Shown here: positions 1 through 10,330 of the stretch, one piece after another
Layout of the letters: each line of letters opens with the position of its first letter
Position numbering within the stretch: the first letter of the stretch is position 1
NCBI GenBank assembly: GCA_028534125.1
Contig: CM052817.1
Coordinates: 63,118,001-63,182,000, forward strand
Direction: 5' to 3'
DNA from: Lama glama
Lineage: Eukaryota
Length of the DNA: 64,000 nt
Notes under the pieces: model-generated
Told to the model about the DNA's origin: nothing
Seen by the model: the letters and a program-made list of their open reading frames with translations, nothing else
The model's database searches: none
Position numbers and translations under genes: made by a program

Positions 1-165
1 TATCTGTTGTGATCTTGGCTGAATCATTGAAGTTACTGAGCTTCAATGTACTTACCTGTAAAACATGAACAACAACATTTGACTAATGATCTACTATTAT
101 GGTCAAATGGGATAATATAAGAAAAATTCCTTATAAGGTATAAAACCATAATGAAAATATAAGTA
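1..165 (+). mobile_element. MIR-family SINE fragment (old, diverged)
   Basis: tgtgatcttggctgaatcattgaagttactgagcttcaatgtacttacctgtaaaac resembles the MIR core (TGTGACCTTGGGCAAGTTACTTAACCTCTCTGAGCCTCAGTTTCCTCATCTGTAAAATG). Confidence 0.55.
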
Positions 166-1364
166 TCTTCTTACCTATAAACATAGAAAAATGAGTGTTT
201 ATTATGTCTTGTCTTTTATAACATCTCCCTCAGTTTTCACCCTAACCCCACCCAATGGAGGATTTCAAAATTACAAACTCCAAATCACAATGATTTCTGT
301 AGTGTTTGAGGACACAATGTACCTAGCAAGAAATATTTAAAGCAGCTGCTCTCTTGAAGAACTATAATTTGGAACATGTTCTCCTATGTACAAAAATCAA
401 GTAATGATATGCATTTCCCAATTCACAGGAGAAAAAAATGACAGCATTTTCAAAAGATTGAGATTCTCTTTTGAATATTTTTTTCTTGTCTTTCCTTCTT
501 ACTACTCTATCTGCTAGGGAACCTGTAAGTGACCAAATGAATTGTTGAGTATCATTTATTAATTAAAAGCCTAAGACTCAGCCGTCCATATTCTTTGGCA
601 GCAAGTTTTCTGATTGATACATGTACTCGTGGTTCACTTTTATACTGTGTTGATAAAATGTCATTTTTTTCTTGCTATTTAATGGTTATGACACTGAGTG
701 GAAATGTTTCAGGCTAAAACATTCTCCAAGGAGAATCACTTACGTGTTGTTTCCCACACTAGGCAGAAGAATTTTTTCAGTAATTAGGTAGGATTTTACA
801 AATCCAAGTAGAGATTTTTGAAAATAACTGAAGACATTCTTTCTTTGGGATGGAAAACTTTCAAATGACTGTAAAGTGAAGCATATAGTTTAAAATTTAA
901 TTTTTTTCCAGCAACTCTGTAAACCATATGGTGGTCTGATTTTTAGAAAGCTTAGTCACTAAATTACTAGTGGGAATTCTTCACCAGATATGACTAATAA
1001 AAATTTCCTCTTATTCTTGCAGTAGAGAAGAGAAAATTCTGACAATAAGTCAGAATATTTCTGAAAGTCATTTCAGTGGAGACCTGTGATTGAATGGTGT
1101 TTTGCAATATATGTAATTCTTCTAAATCTTTCTCACCGTGTATTCCTGAAAGTAGAAAAACATGTTCTTTGGATGCTATGGGCTGATAAAGCATGAAATT
1201 TCTTTGAAGTTTTGTCTCACTTTTTAATATTTATGTGAATTTTTTCATTGTGTTCTTTAATAATGGTGAATCCCCTTCAGAAGAAAAAATCATATTAAAA
1301 AATAAAAACAGTAAATTTAAAAGTAATGTATACCAGGGAAGATTTCATGTTTATCATGATTCAT

Positions 1365-1524
1365 CATAGTGTTTCAAATTTTAATGACCATACAAATCTC
1401 CTAGATACCTTGTTAAGATACAGATTCAAACTCAATAGTCTTGAGGAGGGCCTGATTCTGCATTTCTGTAGGCTCCAACGTGAAGAGATGCTGCTGGTAC
1501 CCAACCATATTCTGAGTAGCAAAG
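1365..1524. mobile_element. MER5A/MER5A1-like hAT-Charlie MITE
   Basis: cttgttaagatacagattc...gggcctgattctgcatttct...gatgctgctggtacccaaccatattctgagtagcaaag follows the MER5A layout. Confidence 0.75.
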
Positions 1525-1864
1525 TTTTAAGGGATAGCTAAAATAAAAAATCCAGATGAGTGTCATGAAGACTCATTACACAGGCCTAAAATTCTGAAGT
1601 CGGGTAGAAATATAAAGGTAATATACAGGAGCAGTGATTTCTGAATAATAAATAAAACATGAAAATTTCTCTCCTCAATTAAATTCTAGCTACTTACTAA
1701 AATAGTTTCAATTACCCAAAAGATAACTGGTATCACTCAGTTTACTCATATTCTTCAGATTTTAATTTAGTGTTATACTGAACTTAACAGATTCCTTTAT
1801 TATGCTGTTTCTGAGTAATGCAACTTGTTCCTCTGATGAAACCAATTCTGCCACTCTGGCCCTA

Positions 1865-1968
1865 CTGAGAATCTAAGGATCAGAGTCAGAACCACAGGTT
1901 TGTAAAGTCTCAGAAACAGTAAATGATCGGAGCCAGAATTTTAATCCATTTTGACTCCAGAACCTGGC
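1865..1968 (-). mobile_element. MIR fragment
   Basis: gtaaatgatcggagccagaattttaatcc...tgactccagaacc matches the reverse complement of the MIR 5' part. Confidence 0.45.
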
Positions 1969-3139
1969 CATATACTTAAAAAGAAAAAAAGTGTTTATTT
2001 CCTTTGCTGTAAACTCAAAAGCCCTAAGTTGCAAAGACATTAAAAATGGAAAAAGATAATATATATTATATTAAATATAATTATTTTCTTGAACTTACAC
2101 TAAAGACGGTTGATAGCATACTTCTTTATAATATAAGTACCTATGGCACTGAAAATATACTGAAATGAATATACTTTTTCAGGTGTGTTTTCAAATAAAG
2201 CAGAAGAATTCCATAACATCTGACACAGATCATAGATAATATCCAGTCTCAGAAACTTGCCTTGATGTTAACCTAATGCAAAATTCAGCATAATTGGATT
2301 ATGAGGAAAGTGAGGATTTGAATTCACACTGAAATCACTTGTTAAGTCATTCTAGAAGAACTCCACCATTTTGAATAGTTTCAAATACACTTGTTGCATT
2401 TTCCTGGTCTGGGCACTATTTGTTTATATATTATGTCTATTTATCAGAGATTATCTTTCTCCTAGTGCCTTTAAAATCAATGCTTTGGAGGGGGAGGGGT
2501 ACTGAGTTTCAAAAAATGCTACAATTTGTTAGTATTCGTAAAATACCAAAGTGAGAGAAAATCATCTAACACAGCTACATTTTTCTCCAAACCTTAAAAT
2601 AGCTTCTGAGAGTTTAGCAAGTGCAATTAGATCAGTGACAGCTAAGGAAGAGAGAAGTCCAAAGAGTGGCTCCATCAAACCACTAAACCAGGCAAGTGGA
2701 AAATTGCATTTTGTTGCTTTGAGTTAGGTAAGATATTACCTCAATATGTATGCACATATTTATTTTCTATGTTTATTAATTTTGAGTTCTTGCCTTTTCT
2801 TTTACCCTTCTATCACCCATTATTTAAACAAGTTGATATTTTGATTTCATTTCTTTAATCTCTAGATAGCATTTCTCACAGTACAAGGCTTTCCTCATCT
2901 CATTTTAATATCATTTAGTATTTAAGAAGGTTATCTATTTGTGAACCCCAGTTTATTAGTCATGCTCCAAAGTGAACATTCTGTATTAGCCCTCTGGAAG
3001 CACTGAAGCTCAAACAGATAGCACTAACTCAACTGAACACAGGCTGATGTGCATGCAGTCAGATAGCAAAATACAATGGATGGATGGTCCCATTTTGATT
3101 ATCTGTGGGTCTTCATGTACAACCAGGGTGTGCCATAGA

Positions 3140-3352
3140 CTGTGGTGCTTAACCTGAAGTCCACAGGCCCATGAGCATACTTCAGGGATCCCTAATGTAG
3201 CTAAAATTGGGTGGATATTATATATAAAAAAAATTTTATATATATATATATATATATATATTCATTCCAGAAAAATATATATATATTTCTGGAAAGAGGA
3301 GATGTTGCTTTCAGGAGCTTCTCAAGGGGGTTTAAAGACCTCAGAATCACTG
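3140..3352. mobile_element. hAT-Charlie non-autonomous DNA transposon (subfamily uncertain) with internal (TA)n
   Basis: Terminal ctgtggtgcttaacc...agaatcactg fit CAGTGGTTCT/AGAACCACTG TIRs. Internal gctttcaggagcttctcaaggggg is Charlie-MITE-like. TA run at ~3237-3260. Confidence 0.55.
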
Positions 3353-3489
3353 TCTTACACCAAGAGATATGTGGTCTGACATTTAGACGTGGGATTTAGA
3401 GGGCTAAATAATGCAAGCTAAGGCCAGATACAGAGGAATGTGGCAAACATCACCAGCAGTCCTAGAGATCTTCAAGAGGGTAGGAAATA

Positions 3490-3638
3490 CTAGCATTCGT
3501 TGAACTACTACTGAGAGTCAGGCACAATGTCACATGCTTTTCATATCTCATTAAAACTAAACTATCATTCTGTGAGATGATGCTCCTTTACTCCATTTCA
3601 CAGTTGAAAAATGTGAAGGTCAGAAGAATTAAATGCTT
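3490..3638 (-). mobile_element. MIR SINE
   Basis: gtcaggcacaatg...tttcatatctcatt...ccatttcacagttgaaaaatgtgaaggtcaga is the antisense MIR core. Confidence 0.6.
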
Positions 3639-3659
3639 AGCAATTAGACCTCAACATGC

Positions 3660-3868
3660 AATTATTTGTGCCAGCCACTATTTCATGCATTATTTCATTT
3701 AATCCTCACAATAACCCTATGAGGAAAGTGTTATCCTTATTTAATAGATGAGTAAACTGAAATTTAGAAATTTATGTAGCTTACTCAAAACTACATAATT
3801 AGAGAAGGATGGAACTAAGATAAAAATCAAACAATATATGAAACAAATTCTATGCTCATAATTACTAT
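3660..3868 (-). mobile_element. MIR SINE
   Basis: tcatttaatcctcacaataaccctatgagg...agatgagtaaactgaaatttaga is a clear antisense MIR core. Confidence 0.8.
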
Positions 3869-4074
3869 TTCAAGCCAGATATGACTCAAATTCATATTAT
3901 TCTTACTAGGGAAAGCAACAATGTTAATTCACATTTATAGTCTACCAAAAAAAATTCTACATCTTAAAGGGGATTAACAGTAGGAGAGAATAAATTTTTC
4001 AGAAGATCTGTAAGAATTACGCCATACTCCTTAGATGAGAGATGTGGTCAAGAGATGTTTCTTTGCTTAGGACT

Positions 4075-4300
4075 TTAGGGTTGAAGAGAAGAATCTTAAT
4101 ACAGTCTAGTCCAATCACCCTCTGATGCTGAGTTTCCTCCACTCTATTTCCAGCAAGTTGGTATCCAGTTCTTGTTTACAATTCTCATTGGGTAGGAAAT
4201 TCATTATCTCTCAGCCCATCATAATAACATTTTTAATTTTTACAGTGGTAAAAATTATATTGGGAATAAATTATTTCCTGACCTGGAATATAATTCAACT
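4075..4300 (-). mobile_element. L3/CR1 LINE 3' fragment
   Basis: gtctagtccaatcaccctc...ccagcaagttggtatccagttcttgttt...ggaaattcattatctctc resembles the antisense CR1/L3 3' end (TCTAGTCCAACC...TCATCCAGCCTCTGCTTGAA...GAACTCACTACCTC). Confidence 0.55.
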
Positions 4301-5194
4301 AGGTTGGGCAACCCGGGCCTAAACTCATTCAGAGCCTGTAAATGTTCTTTTCCTATTTTCATTCCCCTTGAGCATTCATCCTGTTTGGTTTAATATATTC
4401 TCTTTTGTTTTGAGATTATTTTTATTGACCAAGAACATAGGTGTAAAATGTCAACGATCTATATTCTTGTTGATTGACTGCCAGCAGCAAGATTCTCTCT
4501 CTTTTGATTTTTAAAAATCCAAATTTAAAAATCCAAATTTATCTGAGAGCTCATTGTGCAGTCAGATGGCTCTCTCTGGGAAGCTAATCTTTTCTCTTAC
4601 TCATCAGAGTCCATTGTGATTGTAGAGTTAAAGCTGTGTTTGCGATAACATTTTCATCTTTTAGAAGCCTCATGGCACATTCTAATTCATAATTCTTATG
4701 TTTATTTTATTGACAAAAAATTCAAAAAAGAAACCTCTGCCTTACTTTTATTCTCTAATATTTTCCTTTGTAATAATTGTCAGGGTCACCCTCAGATACA
4801 TTGGCAAACAACAAGTGAACAGATCAGACTAGAAGAAAATGTTGGCACTGAATTATGAAGAAACAAAACACATGCTAATAAGAAGAATGAATTACTTTCC
4901 CCAGTGTGAAAAGAAATTATAAAGAGTGAAAAATGTCTTCTGATTTTTAATCTGTGTCTTCAAGTTTTGATCATGATTGACCATGGATCTGATAGTCTAG
5001 TGATATCTGAAACTTTGTGTCCACTCATCTCTACCCATTTAAACACTGAGTAATCTGATCCTCCTTTTTTTCTCCATAATATGTTGGCAACTCAAGCTTC
5101 TAGAAAAGTCACGGTAGAAGCCATTTGTACTCTGAGGTTTTGCCGAAGTCATCGGAAGTTTCTTCAATAGGAGAGGGCCTTTTAAGCAATTTTT

Positions 5195-6117
5195 TTTTAA
5201 CATTTTTTATTGATTTATAATCATTTTACAATGTTGTGTCAAATGCCAGTGTTCAGCACAATTTTTCAGTCATTCATGGACATATACACACTCATTGTCA
5301 CATTTTTTTCTCTGTGATTTATCATAACATTTTGTGTATATTTCCCTGTGCTATACAGTGTAATCTTGTTTATCTATTCTACAATTTTGAAATCCCAGTC
5401 TATCCCTTCCCACCCTCTACCCCCCTGGTAACCACAAGNNNNNNNNNNNNNNNNNNNNNNNNNNNNNNNNNNNNNNNNNNNNNNNNNNNNNNNNNNNNNN
5501 NNNNNNNNNNNNNNNNNNNNNNNNNNNNNNNNNNNNNNNNNNNNNNNNNNNNNNNNNNNNNNNNNNNNNNNNNNNNNNNNNNNNNNNNNNNNNNNNNNNN
5601 NNNNNNNNNNNNNNNNNNNNNNNNNNNNNNNNNNNNNNNNNNNNNNNNNNNNNNNNNNNNNNNNNNNNNNNNNNNNNNNNNNNNNNNNNNNNNNNNNNNN
5701 NNNNNNNNNNNNNNNNNNNNNNNNNNNNNNNNNNNNNNNNNNNNNNNNNNNNNNNNNNNNNNNNNNNNNNNNNNNNNNNNNNNNNNNNNNNNNNNNNNNN
5801 NNNNNNNNNNNNNNNNNNNNNNNNNNNNNNNNNNNNNNNNNNNNNNNNNNNNNNNNNNNNNNNNNNNNNNNNNNNNNNNNNNNNNNNNNNNNNNNNNNNN
5901 NNNNNNNNNNNNNNNNNNNNNNNNNNNNNNNNNNNNNNTTATCATAACATTTTGTGTATATTTCCCTGTGCTATACAGTGTAATCTTGTTTATCTATTCT
6001 ACAATTTTGAAATCCCAGTCTATCCCTTCCCACCCTCTACCCCCCTGGTAACCACAAGTCTGTATTCTCTGTCCATGAGTCTTTAGATTCCACAAATGAG
6101 CGATCTCAAATAGTATT
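5195..6117 (-). mobile_element. Young 5'-truncated L1 3'-UTR insertion with 15-bp TSD (true length ~300 bp once the gap artefact is removed)
   Basis: Antisense copy of the same 3' UTR seen at 41280-41640. TSD ttttaagcaattttt at 5180-5194 and 6118-6132. The minus strand reads TT/AAAAA at the 5' junction (L1 endonuclease site) and has AATAAA plus an A-tail. Confidence 0.92.
5439..5938. other. Assembly gap (500 N), probably spurious
   Basis: Run of 500 N; 5939-6058 is identical to 5319-5438. Confidence 0.97.
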
Positions 6118-7789
6118 TTTTAAGCAATTTTTAATGAAGAAAACAAACAAACAACATCACTAGAATTCTCAACCATTATCTTCTTTCATATGTCACAACA
6201 ATGCAAGTTTTAGAGAAAAATGTAGCTTTTTGTCCAAATAATAATATAAGTATAGAATAGTAATCTCGCTCCATCTATTTACTTTACTCCAAATAACTGA
6301 AAGAGCTTTTGTGAGTATCATCCCATCCTAAAGATAGGTGAGTATAGGTTTTATGGTCATCATGTTTTCTCTTGAAACATTCCTAAAGCTTTCCTATTTT
6401 TGTTGCTTCTAAACTAACTCTTATCTCTCATAACCAAAAATGACATAATATTTTGCTTTTATCTATTTTTTCTTCTCATATATGTTGTTGGAGAATGAAC
6501 TTTCAGTTTTCTGTATTCTCTGTTTTGCTCATTATCTATTTCAAGTGGTATAATATAGCAAAAGTCACTAAATGACATAGAACTACTTGCTTGTGATAAG
6601 TCAATTATATTAAAATGAATGATAAGATATTATTCTACAGGCTTAAGTTTAAAAACGTAATTTAAATTTGTCTTTCCATACCCCAGAGGAAATACAAAAT
6701 CAACTGTCCCTTTGCCTTGGTCCTCGTGACAGCTTATCCTCACCTTTAAATATTTACAAAATGCAAGTAATATCTGGAAGAGAGTGATTTTCCATCCACC
6801 TTCCTGCTCCCACAGAATCTATCTAAGGTATGTAGGATTCACTTTCTAAGTAAATTCTGGGGCTTGTTGTCACCTAAATCAGAGAAAAAGCAAGTTCTCT
6901 TCTGAGTCTGGGAACATAACTTTTCTAAATCTCATTAGAATATATTCTGTTTGAGAACAGGCAAAGGGGTGGAAGATGACAAAACAAGCTTTAAAGAGGA
7001 AGGCACTAAAGCAAGCAATCTAGCGTCATTAATGTGAGAGCTGTCAGGAATGTAGCTTGTAATAACAGGAACAGATACATTTTTTTCAAAGCCTGAACTT
7101 AAAGCTTCAACAGTAAGCAGGGAAATGACATTTACATTGAGATGTAAATTGCAGCCAATGGCACTGTTCATTTATGTAAGATGGGTTTATTTTGGTGTTT
7201 GGAAATATAAATTGAAACCCTGTGTTTTCTTTTAGAGAGACTCACTGCATAGGAAGTGAAACTTAAACTTGTCCCTGACATACCAGGAAAATGCAAAGGA
7301 CATTTCACTGCCTAAATGTATTAATACAGTGTAAAGGTGATCTGGTTTAAGAGAAAATCTAAATTAGTAAGATTATTTCTAAGTTCTTTTGGAACGTCTA
7401 TAAAACAGTAGAGCCTTGCATACAGAAATATGCAGACACTTCTTTATTCCTGAACATTAGGTAAACAGTTTTACAATCGTGTATCCTAGAGATAAGTAAT
7501 GCATTTCATAGAACTAAAAGACTGACAGAGAATTTGAAATGTTACTTGATTTCAATTCCTATCTTCTGGTACAAATAGAATTATGGATTTACTTTTTCCA
7601 TACAAATTCCTAAAGAAGACGATTCCTTGATCTCTGTGGAATTATATTAAAAACAGTCACAACCTTTACCACAAGGATGCTTGGGAGACCAACCCAAACC
7701 CTAACTCCTTCCATTTAGTACACTGACTAAAACCTTCCTTAGTGGAAACCCAAAACGATCAGTTACCATATCCTGTACATTTACATTTG

Positions 7790-7957
7790 CCCCTTCAATA
7801 ATGCTCTGCATAATTCTATCAGCACCAATCACTTTGGACAAAACTTACACCTGTCTCTCTCACCTGCCATACTGGGCACTCTGATGGCAGACAGTGTGTC
7901 TTCCCAGAGTCTATCTTAGTATCTGGAAAACAGTATGAATTCAATAAAGGTTGAGTT
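7790..7957 (+). mobile_element. L2 3'-end fragment
   Basis: ctgtctctctcacc...actgggcactctgatggcagacagtgtgtctt...gtatctggaaaacagtatgaattcaataaaggttgag matches the L2 3' terminus. Confidence 0.55.
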
Positions 7958-8597
7958 ATGTTATGTTTGTTATATTATGCCATATATACTACTTTTAAGC
8001 TAAACACTTTTGAACACTTCAGATACTAAAAGGAGTTATTTCTCAAACCCTTTCTGGAATTCAGCAATGTACTTTAAATAAATGTTTTGTGGTTATGATA
8101 ATAATGTAAAATATAGTTTAGTGAGTTGCTTTGCTATTATTTACAAGACCCATCAAGTCATCGTGTTATATACTGCCTAGAGTACAATCTGTGACTGACT
8201 GACACATAGTCTACAACTAAGGCAATCTGGGGGGGAAAGTTAAGTGCTACTTGGTACGAACTACACTGTTTGTGTGACTCCACCTCAACATCTCACTATA
8301 ATCCCCAGTTTTGTTGGGAAAAAAATGATCAAGGCAACTGTATTTAACAACAAATAGAAGGCAAATATTAGTAACAGCAATAATTAAAGAAGACAGAGAT
8401 GATGTCAAAGCTATTTCCAAACATCCTCTTATCACGGCATTAGAGATTGCGGCAATTCTCCCTTAGGTGCCAGCTGATCCTCCATCTCCCATTTTAGAGC
8501 CCTGAGTGGCTCGCACCAGCCTTACTACACCAAGGGTATTCCAAAATAACACCAAACTCTCTCAAATATAGTTCCACTATGATCAAGATGATTAGTA

Positions 8598-8787
8598 CAT
8601 TCATTCAACTAATATTTTTATATCTTTGTCATTCATCAGACATTTTTCTGAATACTAGACAATTATTTTAAAAAACAAATTCTTTTCTATGGAGTTTATA
8701 TCTAGTACAGGCAGATAATAAATATATATGCAGTAAATATTCAGTATATTATAAGGTGCTAAGTATTATGGGGAAAAACAAACAAGC
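8598..8787 (-). mobile_element. L2 3'-end fragment
   Basis: cattcattcaactaatattt...atggagtttatatctagt...aagtattatggggaaaaac is the antisense L2a tail. Confidence 0.65.
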
Positions 8788-8918
8788 TGAGGTTGACCAT
8801 ATAAATTATTGTACATAATAAGAGACTTCTGAACATATAAGGAAAGAGGAGAATTTACAATAGAACAAATAGGAATAAATCAGAGCTGTCCCGTATAACC
8901 TGGGCATGTAGCCACTAT
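8788..8918. mobile_element. MER94-like hAT-Blackjack MITE
   Basis: ggttgaccatataaattattgtac...agagacttctga...aaatcagagctgtcccgtataacctgggcatgtagccacta follows MER94 (TAGGGTGACCATATAATTTATTGTCC...CTGTCCCGGGCAAACCGGGACGTATGGTCACCCTA). Confidence 0.65.
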
Positions 8919-9009
8919 AGGTGGGGGAGATGAGAAATGTACTGAGGTACAAGGAAATGCCTTAATTTCTAGGATCTAGAGGCCTGAAATTCAGGTAACT
9001 AGCTCACAG

Positions 9010-9135
9010 GTATTGAGTGGCAAGAACTGTTTAGAGCACATTCTCCAGAGTAACTCATTTCATCATCATTGTAACATGATGAGGTAGGTGCTATTATATT
9101 TCTATTTGATGGGTTAGGAAATACAGAGAGATTTG
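9010..9135 (-). mobile_element. MIR fragment
   Basis: taactcatttcatcatcattgtaacatgatgaggtaggtgctattatatttctatttg is the antisense MIR core. Confidence 0.65.
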
Positions 9136-9759
9136 AGAGCAGGGTTTTCCTAGGAACCCTTTCTTCATTACTCCTTGGTTCTGTTGCCTCCTCTGGACCC
9201 CTTTTCCCACTAGCCTGAAGACCCCATGCCCACATTTTCCATTTCAAGGATGCTTCTGCATGTGATGCAATGAGATACCACACTTACCAAATGTAGTCAG
9301 TTAAAATAAAGATGCTAAATTCTGATCATAATTACAGTGCCTGTGAAGCTGGGGAAATAATTCTTTTCATGGGTCCTTGTTGGTGACTAAAGCCTTTAGA
9401 CAGAGCCTCTGGTATCTTGGCCACAGAATTATGTTTTCTTTATCCCCATATCCCCCTGTACTGGGAGCTGATGAACTGCCTTCATATCATATGCATAATT
9501 TTCTTCATTTTTACATATGTTAAGAAGAGAGAAGATATAGTCACTTGTTAGACAGGTCTAGTTACAAAATCAAATTTCTGCCTTTTATCTAGAGGCATCA
9601 GAAATGTAATCAGAAATGTACTTTAAAATATTTATGATAAATATGAATTACTTTAGGAAGTTATTCCCGTAATTAAACAGTAAGAAATAAACATATGCTG
9701 TCCACATATGCGTCAGTGGATATCTACTCTTTTACTATAATTAAATCAATAAAAGATAA

Positions 9760-10330
9760 GCAAGCCAATAATGAGACATTGGATTGTTTATATTATACAA
9801 AAATCATAAATATTCTGATAACATTCAGTGTTGCAAGAGTATTATCACATGAACACAAGTATATTTTGGTGGCAGTCTAACTTGTTATACACCTTTTAGA
9901 AAGCAATTTGACAGTACTTTACAAAAAAAAAGGTAGCATTCATAGCCTTAATCACAACACCTAGACACAAAAAAGTTATCTGAGAAAAATAAACAAGTGA
10001 TGTATAATTCTACTGGCATACGTAAGCAAAATTTGGAAATAATCTAAAGGTTCCAAAATAAGGAGATTAATTCATTGAGTTACATAAACTCTATAGAATG
10101 TTTTGTGGAAACTAAAAATGATGTTTTAGAAAGGTGTGTGCCATCAAAGGAAGGCAGCTGACATAAAAATATTAAACTAAAAAAGAAGAAAATACAAAGT
10201 TTTACTTTTTATATAAATACCTTTGTGTAAACCAGGGTATTAGTGGGAATTGAAAGAAAACAAAGAAAACATGAAAAATAAAAATTAAAATGAAGTAGTT
10301 TTATTAGAATTATGGGATTGTGAATAACTT
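9760..10330 (+). mobile_element. Ancient L1 (L1ME-like) ORF2 end / 3' UTR fragment
   Basis: ctgataacattcagtgttgcaagag...ggtggcagtctaacttgttatacaccttttagaaagcaatttgacagta...aaaatttggaaataatctaaagg is degenerate L1 ORF2 C-terminal sequence. Confidence 0.6.

Noticed and set aside
4510..4541. Short tandem duplications (14-bp here; ~24-bp at 12813-12858; 11-bp at ~48834 and ~60950)
   Set aside because: Two-copy slippage products are common in mammalian DNA and form no array.
5236..6051. Longest ORFs in the track (271 aa +, 181 aa -)
   Set aside because: They run through the 500-N gap inside an L1 3' UTR and are artefacts.
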